In this document: one piece after another, positions 34,231 to 43,160 of the stretch
Layout: each line of letters begins with the position of its first letter
How positions within the stretch are numbered: the stretch's first letter is position 1
NCBI GenBank assembly: GCA_963749835.1
Contig: CAVVOD010000003.1
Coordinates: 976,721 to 1,040,720, forward strand
Direction of reading: 5' to 3'
DNA: 64,000 nt
Source: an uncultured Acidobacteriota bacterium
GTDB lineage: Bacteria > Acidobacteriota > Vicinamibacteria > Vicinamibacterales > 2-12-FULL-66-21
Notes under the pieces: model-generated
Told to the model about the DNA's origin: nothing
Databases searched by the model: none
The model's input: the letters and a program-made list of their open reading frames with translations, nothing else
Translations under genes and position numbers: made by a program

Positions 34231-34875
34231 CTAGGACTCGGTTCGAGGCGCAAACAGCGAGCACCCGAATACGGATGTCGCGCGCCGGGAGGGTTGCTTG
34301 TGATCGAGCAGCGCAATCAGCGCCGCCCGTCCCTGGTTGTCGCCGGCGTGCCCGCGCGCACTGGTGATGCCACCGCTGAAGACCAGCGTACCTCTGGCGT
34401 CATACAGGAGCGTCTGTCCGGACGTCACGGCGCCAAAGTGTCCCGCCTCCCGGCCATCGTCATCCCGCACGATGGTGACGTTGGGCAGCGCGGATGCCGT
34501 GCGCCACAGGTCCGTCTTCTCCCACCCGTTGCCGAACTGTGACGGCTTCAGGAAGAGGACGTAGGTTTTCGGCGGCGTGCGCACGCGCCCCAGGACCTCG
34601 GCGAGTTCGCCAAGGCTTGCGCGGGTGCACGTGCACTGGGGATGCGCGAGCAGGACGAGCGTCGGCTGCTCAGGCGCGCGGACCAGCCGCGTCTCGGTGG
34701 GCCAGTGGCCCTGCGATTTCGCGCTTTCCCCGGCCCGGTTCTCATATGCCCACAGGATCCAGAGGCCTGCGACCGCCCCCGCGAGCCAGACCGCCGCGGC
34801 GGTCCACAGCCAGACCGCACGCATGGAAGGGCGGCCTGCGTCAGGCGTGGGCAGGGGTGTGACAGAGTCGGACAC
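34231..34875 (-). CDS. Membrane-anchored thioredoxin-like protein with CxC motif
   Basis: 214-aa ORF. TM is AVWLWTAAAVWLAGAVAGLWILWA. Also contains LVLLAHPQCTCTRASLGELAEVL and GGITSARGHAGDNQG. First gene of the signalling operon, 11 nt before the kinase. Confidence 0.6.
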   Translation of the reverse strand: MSDSVTPLPTPDAGRPSMRAVWLWTAAAVWLAGAVAGLWILWAYENRAGESAKSQGHWPTETRLVRAPEQPTLVLLAHPQCTCTRASLGELAEVLGRVRTPPKTYVLFLKPSQFGNGWEKTDLWRTASALPNVTIVRDDDGREAGHFGAVTSGQTLLYDARGTLVFSGGITSARGHAGDNQGRAALIALLDHKQPSRRATSVFGCSLFAPRTES

Positions 34876-35208
34876 GCGGAGCAGGAGGGCAAAATCCCAG
34901 CCACGCGCGTCTTCGGGCGCGAAGACGCTGCAACCTACTGAGACGACAGCCGTTGACGACGACCCGCTGGTGGCGCGCGCACCCGGCCCGGCGAGGCGGG
35001 TGTGCCGGTCTGAGACGAGGGAGGATCAGATTCGTAATGGCTCTTGGCCTGGGATTCGGCCTCGGGGATCCTGCCTGGCGCGCTTGACCCCGCGCATGCT
35101 GCGTGCTACATACAACCGGCATTTCGGGCCAATCACGTGAGCGGACGGAAGGGCCGACATACACAGAGGACCGGCCCGGCGCCGTCGTGTCTCCGGGACC
35201 TCGGCGTT

Positions 35209-35247
35209 GAGCTGTCAGCAACTCTGAGAGCTGATAGCTGAGAGCTC
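35209..35247. repeat. Short heptanucleotide array of the GCTGAxA family
   Basis: gagctgt cagcaac tctgaga gctgata gctgaga gctc, about 50 nt upstream of the TBDR start. Confidence 0.7.
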
Positions 35248-35294
35248 CCTTGTCGCATCCTCAATCGACACGTCTTCGATGGAATGGAGAGCCC

Positions 35295-38200
35295 ATGTTC
35301 CCGAAGTCAGGTGCGTCCGCGGGTTTGCTGGCACGGGTCCTTTTCGCATTTTTCGCTGTCGTCCCTCCTCTTGAAGGACAGACACCGTCCGGCGAGATCA
35401 GTGGTGTCGTCACGGACCCGAGCGGAGCGGCCGTGCCCGGGGTGACGGTCACGCTCAGGAGCGAGGGCACCAACGCCCTGCGGGAGGTGCAGACCAATGC
35501 ATCCGGTTTGTACGTGATGCCGGCGATTCCCCCCGGCGTCTACACCCTGCAGGCGACTCTCACAGGATTCCGGACGGTCGAACGCAAGGGCATCGAAGTG
35601 CAGGTCGGCAGCGCCAGCCGCATCGCCTTCACCCTCGAGGTCGGGCAGCTCTCGGAGGTGGTGGAGATCACGGGCGGCGCCCCGCTCCTCCAGACGGAGA
35701 ATTCCGCCGTGGGTACGGTCATCGACAACCGCGCCATCGTGGAACTGCCGCTGAACGGCCGCAACTACCTGCAGCTGGCCTCACTGATCCCGGGCGCGAC
35801 GACCAACGGACCCTCGTCGAGCCAGGGGAAGCAGCGGATGGGCGGCCAGCGCAACAGCTTCGCGCTCAACGTCGCCGGCCAGCGGATCCACTACAACCAC
35901 TACTCGCTCGACGGTGTGGAGAACACCGACCTGAATTTCAACTCCTACATGCTGCTGCCGTCTGTGGACGCGCTGCAGGAGTTCAACGTCGTCGCCGGCC
36001 TGTTCGATGCCGAGTACGGACGGGCCATCGCCCAGATCAATGCCTCGACGAAGTCCGGCACGAATGCGATGCACGGCACGGTGTTCGAGTTCGGACGCCA
36101 TTCGTCACTCGACGCCAAGAACTACTTCGATCGCGCCGACCGTCCGATTCCGCCGTTCCGCCGCAATCAGTACGGCGGCACCATCGGTGGGCCGGTGGTG
36201 ATTCCGAAGCTCGTGGACGGCCGGGATCGGCTGTTCTTCATGTTCAACTTCGAGGGTCTGCGCGAGACGAAGTCGCTGACGGCAAACCCCTCCGTGCCGC
36301 TCACCGCCTGGCGCTCCGGCGATTTCTCGAACCTGCGCGACGCGAACGGCAACCTGATTCCCATTTACGACCCTGCGACGCGCGTATTCGACGCGGCCGG
36401 GAACGTCACCCAGGCCCCGACAGCGTTTCCCGGCAATCGCATACCCGCGACGCGTATCCACCCCATCTCGAAGCAACTGCTCGATTACTATCCGCTGCCG
36501 CTCCAGGAAACCACGGGCAGCAACTTCGTGAACGACGAGGCGCGGCGCGTGAACGCCGACCAGTACACCTACCGCCTGGACTTCACGCAGAGCTCGACCT
36601 CGCGGTGGTTCTTCCGTCACAGCATCTCGCACGAGCTCGGCTACGATCCCTTCGCGATTCCGAACATGGGCATCAACACCGACACCGACGTGCAGCAGGC
36701 CGCACTCGGCTATACCCGGATGTTCGGGTCGAACAAATTGAATGACTTCCGCCTGGGCTTCGGGAAGCTGGAGAACGGCCACATTTCACCACGAGCCAAC
36801 ACCGACAACGTCGTCGGACGGCTCGGCATCAACCTGCCGAACGACAACCCGCTCTACTGGGGCGTTCCCAACATCGGCATCACGGGCCTGTCTGGCATCG
36901 GCGAGGAGAGCGACGCCCCCTTCATCAACGACGACGTGACGCTGCAGTTCGTGGACAACTTCACGTGGACGGTGGCCCGGCACTCGTTCAAGTTCGGAGG
37001 GGAGCTGCGGCACGTGCGCTACAACCAGATCGGCGGCGTGGTCACGCGCGGCCGGTGGGCCTTCGACGGCCGGTACACGCAGAACCCGCTGCTGCCGGCC
37101 GCCGACCGCGGGGGCGCGGCGTTTGCGGACTTTCTCCTGGGCCACTTCAATCGCTCGGAAGGCCAGGTCGGCGCGCCGATTGCGAACTTCCGATCCAACT
37201 ACTTCGCCCTGTTCGCGCAGGACAGCTGGAAGATCGCCAACAACCTGACGATCAACTACGGGCTGCGGTGGGAGTACGACCAGCCCTTCACCGACACGAA
37301 CGACGCCATCGTCAACATCGACTTCGACTGGGCGAACCGCTACGAACCCATATTCGTGCGCACGGGCACGGGAGATCCCTACGAGGGCAATCCGGCGTTC
37401 CGGCTCGCACCGGATGTGCAATACGTTCGGGACGGCCGGTTCGGGCGAGGGGCGTACCGCAGCGACTACAATGACTTCGCGCCACGTGTGGGTATTGCGT
37501 GGGCGGTGACGCCGAAGACCGTCCTCCGCGCGGGCGGCGGCATCTACTACGTGCGCGACATCGGCAACGCCGTCTTCGACACTGTGCGCAACGCCCCCTT
37601 CACGATCCGGCGCGACGAGCCGGCCGAGACCTTCCGGCCGAATCTCAGCTACGAGCAGCCGTTCGCGCGGACTGGCGCGCCGACCTTCATCCTCGCGGCC
37701 CAGTGGGACGAGCCCTCGACCTACGTGGCCCAGTGGTCGCTCGGGGGCCAGCGCGAGATCTTCGGCAACATGACCATCGACCTGACGTATTTCGGGTCCG
37801 CGGGTGTGCACCTCCGCCGGCTCATGAGCTACAACAACCCGGAGCCGAGCCAGCTCGCGAACTCGAATCTCGCGCGACCGTTCCCGAAGTTCGGGAGCAT
37901 CCAGGTGATGAGCGCGCCGGGCCATTCGAGCTATCACGCGGGTTACCTCAAGCTGCAGCGCCGGTTCTCGCAAGGCATCAGCTTCCTGAGCTCCTTCTCA
38001 TACGGCAAGTCCATCGACGATGGCAGCGGAATCCGCACCACGGACGGCGACTCTCTGACGCCGTCGAACAACTACAATCTCCGGCTCGAACGGGGTCTGT
38101 CGGCGTTCGATTTCCGCCGCCGCTGGACGACGTCGGGGTTGTGGGATCTGCCGATCGGACAGGACAAGCGGTGGTTGAACCGCCGCGGCGTGCTCGACTG

Positions 38201-38666
38201 GGTGCTTGGCGGCTGGCAACTGGGCGGCATCGTCACGCTGCAGGACGGCTTTCCGTTCACGGTGCTGTGCGGCGGCGGAGCGATTCAGAACGGCGGCGGC
38301 GTCTGTTATCCGGATTCCACAGGTCAGGACTGGCGCCTGCCAGCGGACGAACGGACCCGCACGCGGTACTTCAACACCAACGCGTTCATCGACCGGAACC
38401 CGCCGGGCGGCCCGTTCCGCTACGGGACCGTCGGGCGCAACTCGCTCATCGGTCCGGGCATCGTGAGCGTCGACGCGTCGGCGAACAAGCGCTTCCGCCT
38501 GAAGGGATCGAGTTACGCCGAGCTCCGCGTCGAAGTGTTCAACCTGCCGAATCATCCGATCTGGAACCAGCCCGGAAACACGCTCCGCACGCCGACCTTC
38601 GGCGTGATCACGAGCACGCGGATGGATTCGAGGCAGATTCAGCTGGGGATGAAGGTCGTCTTCTGA
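35295..38666 (+). CDS. TonB-dependent receptor with carboxypeptidase-regulatory-like N-domain (Oar-type)
   Basis: ATG at 35295 gives MFPKSGASAGLLARVLFAFFAVVPPLEGQ. Also GVVTDPSGAAVPGVTVTL...GLYVMPAIPPGVYTLQATLTGF. Plug region VELPLNGRNYLQLASLIPG. Barrel ends IQLGMKVVF. Confidence 0.9.
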   Translation: MFPKSGASAGLLARVLFAFFAVVPPLEGQTPSGEISGVVTDPSGAAVPGVTVTLRSEGTNALREVQTNASGLYVMPAIPPGVYTLQATLTGFRTVERKGIEVQVGSASRIAFTLEVGQLSEVVEITGGAPLLQTENSAVGTVIDNRAIVELPLNGRNYLQLASLIPGATTNGPSSSQGKQRMGGQRNSFALNVAGQRIHYNHYSLDGVENTDLNFNSYMLLPSVDALQEFNVVAGLFDAEYGRAIAQINASTKSGTNAMHGTVFEFGRHSSLDAKNYFDRADRPIPPFRRNQYGGTIGGPVVIPKLVDGRDRLFFMFNFEGLRETKSLTANPSVPLTAWRSGDFSNLRDANGNLIPIYDPATRVFDAAGNVTQAPTAFPGNRIPATRIHPISKQLLDYYPLPLQETTGSNFVNDEARRVNADQYTYRLDFTQSSTSRWFFRHSISHELGYDPFAIPNMGINTDTDVQQAALGYTRMFGSNKLNDFRLGFGKLENGHISPRANTDNVVGRLGINLPNDNPLYWGVPNIGITGLSGIGEESDAPFINDDVTLQFVDNFTWTVARHSFKFGGELRHVRYNQIGGVVTRGRWAFDGRYTQNPLLPAADRGGAAFADFLLGHFNRSEGQVGAPIANFRSNYFALFAQDSWKIANNLTINYGLRWEYDQPFTDTNDAIVNIDFDWANRYEPIFVRTGTGDPYEGNPAFRLAPDVQYVRDGRFGRGAYRSDYNDFAPRVGIAWAVTPKTVLRAGGGIYYVRDIGNAVFDTVRNAPFTIRRDEPAETFRPNLSYEQPFARTGAPTFILAAQWDEPSTYVAQWSLGGQREIFGNMTIDLTYFGSAGVHLRRLMSYNNPEPSQLANSNLARPFPKFGSIQVMSAPGHSSYHAGYLKLQRRFSQGISFLSSFSYGKSIDDGSGIRTTDGDSLTPSNNYNLRLERGLSAFDFRRRWTTSGLWDLPIGQDKRWLNRRGVLDWVLGGWQLGGIVTLQDGFPFTVLCGGGAIQNGGGVCYPDSTGQDWRLPADERTRTRYFNTNAFIDRNPPGGPFRYGTVGRNSLIGPGIVSVDASANKRFRLKGSSYAELRVEVFNLPNHPIWNQPGNTLRTPTFGVITSTRMDSRQIQLGMKVVF

Positions 38667-38677
38667 GCCTCGCCACT

Positions 38678-40132
38678 ATGAAAACAGCCGCTTGCCTCCT
38701 GGCATCGATTCTCGTCGCGACCGCCGCATCGGCCCAGTACCATCAGACCGATTTCCCGGCCGAGGAGTTCAAGGCACGTCACGCGCAGGTCTTCGAGAAG
38801 ATCGGCGCGAATGCGGTCGCCGTCGTGCAGGGAGTGCACCAGACCGAGGGCTTCACGCTCCCCAGGCAGCACAACACGTTCTACTATCTTTCGGGCATCG
38901 AAACACCGGGCGCGTACCTGCTCCTGGACGGACGGACACGCAAAACCACCATCTACCTCCCGGCTCGCAACCCCCGGCTCGAGGCCGCCGAGGGGCGCGT
39001 CGTGTCGGCCGACGATGCGGAGCTCGTGAAGCGGATCGTGGGGGTGGATGAGGTCAAACCTCTAAGCGAGATGATCGCGTCGAGCTGGCCGCTCGGCGCC
39101 GAAGGCCGCGGGGGCGGAGGCCGGGGAGCGGCGCCGGCCGCCATCTTCGCGGAGTTCGGTCCGGCCGAGAACCAGGGGCAGAGTCGCGGCGAGCTGCTTG
39201 CGGCCGAAACGGCATGGGCGAACGACTACTGGGACGGCACCGTATCGCGCCAGCAGCGCTTCGTCGAGCTACTGCGTGTCCGGCTGCCCCGCGCGGACCT
39301 CAAAAACCTGAACCCCATCCTGGACGAGATGCGCAGCACCAAGAGCCCGCGCGAGATCGCCATGATTCGCCGCGCCTCCCAAATTGCGGGGCTGGGCATG
39401 ATGGAAGCCATGCGCAGCACGGAGCCGGGCGTGACGGAGTATCAGCTCGATGCCGCGGCGCGCTACGTATTTCTCGCGAACGACGCGCGCCTGGAAGGCT
39501 ACCGATCGATCACCGCCAGCGGCACCGAGAATATCAACAACATGCACTACTTCCGGAACGTGTCCACGCTCGCGGCCGGCGATCTGGTCCTGATGGATTT
39601 CGCGCCGGACTATCGCTACTACACGAGCGACATCGGACGCGTCTGGCCCGTCAACGGCAAATACGCCCCCTGGCAGCGCGAGCTGCTGCAATTCGTCCTC
39701 GACTATCGAAACGCGATCATGACGCGTATTCGGCCCGGTGCGACCAGCCGGCAGATCATGGACGAGGCGAAAACCGCGATGGAGCCGATATTCGCGAAGA
39801 CGAAGTTCTCGAAGCCGATCTACGAAAAGGCCTGCCGCACGCTCGTCGAGACCGGCGGCGGCGTGTTCTCGCATACCGTCGGCATGGCCGTGCACGATGT
39901 GGGTCGATACGCCGGCGAACCGCTCAAGCCCGGGCAGGTCTTCTCGGTCGATCCTCAGCTCTGGGTCCGGGAAGAAAGCCTGTACCTGCGCTACGAAGAC
40001 ACCGTCGTCGTGACCGACACCGGAGTCCAGAACTTCACCGACTTCCTGCCCTCCGAGTTGAATGAGATGGAGCGGCTGGTTCAGGAGAAGGGTGTCGTGC
40101 AGAAAGTGCCGCCGATTGCGGAGCCACAGTAA
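38678..40132 (+). CDS. Secreted Xaa-Pro aminopeptidase (M24B family)
   Basis: ATG at 38678 (MKTAACLLASILVATAASAQ). M24 metal-ligand contexts DFAPDYRYYTSDIGRVWPVNG, HTVGMAVHDVG and YEDTVVVT. The 877-aa ORF-track entry is a fusion with an out-of-frame stretch of the TBDR. Confidence 0.85.
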   Translation: MKTAACLLASILVATAASAQYHQTDFPAEEFKARHAQVFEKIGANAVAVVQGVHQTEGFTLPRQHNTFYYLSGIETPGAYLLLDGRTRKTTIYLPARNPRLEAAEGRVVSADDAELVKRIVGVDEVKPLSEMIASSWPLGAEGRGGGGRGAAPAAIFAEFGPAENQGQSRGELLAAETAWANDYWDGTVSRQQRFVELLRVRLPRADLKNLNPILDEMRSTKSPREIAMIRRASQIAGLGMMEAMRSTEPGVTEYQLDAAARYVFLANDARLEGYRSITASGTENINNMHYFRNVSTLAAGDLVLMDFAPDYRYYTSDIGRVWPVNGKYAPWQRELLQFVLDYRNAIMTRIRPGATSRQIMDEAKTAMEPIFAKTKFSKPIYEKACRTLVETGGGVFSHTVGMAVHDVGRYAGEPLKPGQVFSVDPQLWVREESLYLRYEDTVVVTDTGVQNFTDFLPSELNEMERLVQEKGVVQKVPPIAEPQ

Positions 40133-40140
40133 CTGCCTCT

Positions 40141-40188
40141 CACGTGCTACGTGCTACAGGTGCGACATGGCACACGTGCGACGTGCGA
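40141..40188. repeat. Heptanucleotide array, CTACGTG family (CGTGCTA x2 ... CGTGCGA x2)
   Basis: cacgtgcta cgtgcta caggtgcga catggca cacgtgcga cgtgcga. Fills the gap between convergent pepP-like and ADOP stops. Confidence 0.85.
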
Positions 40189-40191
40189 CTC

Positions 40192-42972
40192 TCAGTCGTG
40201 ACGGAGCGCGATCATCGGATCGATTCGCGATGCCCTGCGCGCGGGCACGTAGCCGGCCAGAAGCGCGGCGCTCACGAGTATCGCCACCGCCAGCATCACT
40301 GCCTGCGGATCGTTCGGCTTCATGCCGAAGAGGAATGATTCGACAAGCTTCGACGTCCACAGTGCCGTCGGCACACTGATCGCAATCCCTACCGCCGCCA
40401 GGATAAAGACCTCGCGCAGCACCATCCAGACGACGGTCCCACGCTGCGCCCCGAGGGCCATGCGAATCCCGATCTCACCCGTCCGTCGGGCGACGGTGTA
40501 AGCCATCGTGCCGTACAGCCCTATACAGGCGATCACCAGTGCCAGGATGGCGAAGCCCTTGCAGAGCTTCGCGAACGTGATCTCCTGGTTGATGGTCTGA
40601 TCGATTTCGGCTGCCTGCGTCTTGATGTTGGTCAGCGGAACGCGCGAATCCGCCTGGCGCACGATGTCGCGGACGGTCTTGACGTACCCGAGAGGGTCGC
40701 CCGTCGTGCGCAGGGCATACGTCATCTGCCGTACCGGAGGGACTGCACTCTGGTTGTACGGGATATAAACAACAGGAGGCGTCTGCCCCTTCAGTCCGCC
40801 GTATCGCGCATTTGCGGAGACACCGACGATCTCCATGTCGTGCGGATTGGGCCCTCCGAAGGCGACATATTGCCCCACCGGATTCTCATCGCGAAAGTAC
40901 GTCCTGGCAAAGAGCTCGTCGATCACGACTACCGGCGTCGAGCCCGCACGATCGCGCTCGTCGATCTCACGTCCCCTCAGCATGGGAATCTGCATGGTCG
41001 TGAAGAATGCGGGTCCGGTGTTCAGCACACGCGTGCCTCGTGTGGGAGTGCCGGAGACGGTCATCGGCAGTTGCCTGCCGGCACGGACGAGGGACGCATG
41101 GGACAGCGTCGCGTTGCGTACGCCGGGGATCGCCGCAAGCCGGCGCCGCAAGGTGTCATAGAAGACGGCAATCTCCGGATCCTTGTGTCCGGCCTGGCGC
41201 GCGTTCACCTCGAACAGCAAGACATGTTCGCGGTTGTAGCCAAGCGACACGGATTGCAGGTTCGAGAGTGTCCGCACGAAAAGGCCAGCCGCCACCAGCA
41301 TCAGCAGTGAGATGGCGATTTGAGCCACCACCAGGGCATGGGTCATGTTCATGCGCAGGAATCCATGCCGCGCACGGATGCGTGATGCACCCGCGCGCGT
41401 CTCCTTGAGCGCGGGGATGACGTCAGGGCGTGTCGACTGGATTGCCGGGACCAGGCCGAAGAGCGCGCCGGTGATCGTCGAGAGCAGAAAGGTCGCGCCC
41501 AGCACATGCCAGTTCAGCTCGGCTCGTAACGTGAAGTGTTCCTGTCCATTCGCCAGCAAGAGGGTCAGGAATCGTATGCCCCAGAAGGCGAACAGCACAC
41601 CGAGCGCGCCGCCCAGGGACGCCAGCAGGATACTTTCCGTGAGAAGCTGCCGCACGATCCGGACGCGTCCGGCGCCGACGCTGAGCCGTACGGCCATCTC
41701 GCGCCTGCGCGCGGTGGCCCGCGCCAGCAGCAGGTTGGCGGTGTTCGCGCACGCAATCGCGAGGATAAGGCCCACCAGGGTCAACAGCACATACAGCGGC
41801 TTGGAGTACTCGCGACGGAGGCTGTCCAATCCCGCGGCCCCTTCCCTGAGCCACAACTGCGGAAGGTTCGCTCGCTCGCGCTCGGTGGTCGCGGTGCTGG
41901 CGACCCACTGGTGAAAGCCCTGAGCCAGAGCGGACTGGGCCTGATCGAGGCTGACGCCGGGACGCAGGCGTCCCATCATCTCGATCCAATAGTAGTTCTG
42001 GTCGAGATACTCCTTCGGCGTGGCGCTGGAGCTTGACGCTGCGCCCAGGACGAGATTGGCGTGCATCGGCAGATAGACGTCAGGCACTTCCGCGGGATCG
42101 ACGCCGAAGAACTCTGCCGGCGTCACCCCCACGACGGTAACCGGGACGTTGTTGATCAGAATGGACTGCCCTGCCGCATTCGCCGGTCCCCCGAAGCGCC
42201 GTTGACTGAGCCCCATGCTGATGACGGCGACGATCGGTGCGCCCGCCCGATCGTCATCGGCCGTAATCAGGCGGCCGGCGGCGGGAGGCACGGCCAGTCC
42301 ACGAAAGAAGTCGCCGGAGACATACTCGCCGCTGGCGGCCTCGGCCTGGCCGTTGATCATCACGTTCACGTTGTCCGCCGGGTAGTACGCGAAGACCGTC
42401 GAGAAGACCGGGTCCGACTGCTTCTGGAACAGCTCGAACGCCGGGTAGGGGAAGACTCCAGACGTGGTTCCCGCCGGGTCATCACCGTACGTCCGGCCGT
42501 TTATCGAGTGCATGACAAACGGGGAGCCTCCCGCGCGATCGGTCCAGTCGATGGGGCGGCTGCGCCAGTTCAGGAGGACGAGGGATGCCGGATCGGACAC
42601 AGGCAGCGATCGCAGCAGAATCGAGTCCATGAAGCTGTAGATCGCCGTGTTGGCCCCGATGCCGAGCATCAGCGAGAGCGTGACCAGCGCCGTGAATGCG
42701 CGGTTATGGCGCATCAGGCGCAGCGCGTAGCGAACGTCCTGCGCAAGCTGTTCGAGGAATGTCCAGGTCCACAAGGCGCGCGTGCGCTCCTGCAGCAGCG
42801 TGACGTTTCCGAGGTCGCGCCGGGCAGCCCACCTCGCCTCATCGATCGGCAGGCCGTCTGCCAGACGGTCTTCGGCTTCCTCGTCGAGGTGAAACTGCAG
42901 CTCGTCGCGGAGCTCATCGTCTTTGCGGCGCCGCTTCGCCCACCAGGTCAGCCTGCGAAAAAACGGGATCAT
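40192..42972 (-). CDS. ADOP-type MacB/FtsX-like permease (no adjacent PadR)
   Basis: ATG at 42972 gives MIPFFRRLTWWAKRRRKDDELRDELQFHLDEEAEDRLADGLPIDEARWAARRDLG. Duplicated FtsX bundles. C-terminus VPARRASRIDPMIALRHD. The GTG at 42990 lies inside a repeat. Confidence 0.9.
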   Translation of the reverse strand: MIPFFRRLTWWAKRRRKDDELRDELQFHLDEEAEDRLADGLPIDEARWAARRDLGNVTLLQERTRALWTWTFLEQLAQDVRYALRLMRHNRAFTALVTLSLMLGIGANTAIYSFMDSILLRSLPVSDPASLVLLNWRSRPIDWTDRAGGSPFVMHSINGRTYGDDPAGTTSGVFPYPAFELFQKQSDPVFSTVFAYYPADNVNVMINGQAEAASGEYVSGDFFRGLAVPPAAGRLITADDDRAGAPIVAVISMGLSQRRFGGPANAAGQSILINNVPVTVVGVTPAEFFGVDPAEVPDVYLPMHANLVLGAASSSSATPKEYLDQNYYWIEMMGRLRPGVSLDQAQSALAQGFHQWVASTATTERERANLPQLWLREGAAGLDSLRREYSKPLYVLLTLVGLILAIACANTANLLLARATARRREMAVRLSVGAGRVRIVRQLLTESILLASLGGALGVLFAFWGIRFLTLLLANGQEHFTLRAELNWHVLGATFLLSTITGALFGLVPAIQSTRPDVIPALKETRAGASRIRARHGFLRMNMTHALVVAQIAISLLMLVAAGLFVRTLSNLQSVSLGYNREHVLLFEVNARQAGHKDPEIAVFYDTLRRRLAAIPGVRNATLSHASLVRAGRQLPMTVSGTPTRGTRVLNTGPAFFTTMQIPMLRGREIDERDRAGSTPVVVIDELFARTYFRDENPVGQYVAFGGPNPHDMEIVGVSANARYGGLKGQTPPVVYIPYNQSAVPPVRQMTYALRTTGDPLGYVKTVRDIVRQADSRVPLTNIKTQAAEIDQTINQEITFAKLCKGFAILALVIACIGLYGTMAYTVARRTGEIGIRMALGAQRGTVVWMVLREVFILAAVGIAISVPTALWTSKLVESFLFGMKPNDPQAVMLAVAILVSAALLAGYVPARRASRIDPMIALRHD

Positions 42973-42975
42973 GTT

Positions 42976-43023
42976 CGAATCACTAATCACTAATCGCGAA
43001 TCACTAATCGCGAACCACTAATC
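42976..43023. repeat. Heptanucleotide array (CACTAAT / CGCGAAT) in the 5' leader of the ADOP gene
   Basis: cgaat cactaat cactaat cgcgaat cactaat cgcgaac cactaat cc. Starts 4 nt upstream of the ATG at 42972. Confidence 0.9.
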
Positions 43024-43035
43024 CGTTCATTGTGA

Positions 43036-43067
43036 AGACATTCTACACATTATTCTGTAGGGTGTCT
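43036..43067. promoter_or_regulatory. AT-rich nested palindrome AGACA-tt-CTACA-N8-TGTAG-gg-TGTCT (candidate operator/promoter element)
   Basis: Read directly. It is the most AT-rich stretch of this intergenic region, about 65-95 nt upstream of the ADOP start. Confidence 0.35.
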
Positions 43068-43083
43068 ACGAGAGAGAGGATTG

Positions 43084-43157
43084 TCGGGATTCGGGGGAGG
43101 AACGGACGGTTCTGTCTCTCCGGCTCGAATCCCGAGTCCCGAAGCCCGAGCCCCCTC
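43084..43157. repeat. Inverted heptanucleotide element of the CGGGATT/GAGTCCC family
   Basis: Left arm cgggattcggggg. Right arm cgaatcccgagtcccgaagcccgagccccc. Same unit family as 24238..24378. Abuts the tannase-like stop. Confidence 0.8.
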
Positions 43158-43160
43158 GGT

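Noticed and set aside
37499-38677. N-terminal 390 codons of the 877-aa ORF 37499..40132
   Set aside because: This is an alternative frame of the TBDR gene. Only the part from the ATG at 38678 (signal peptide plus M24 motifs) is a real gene.
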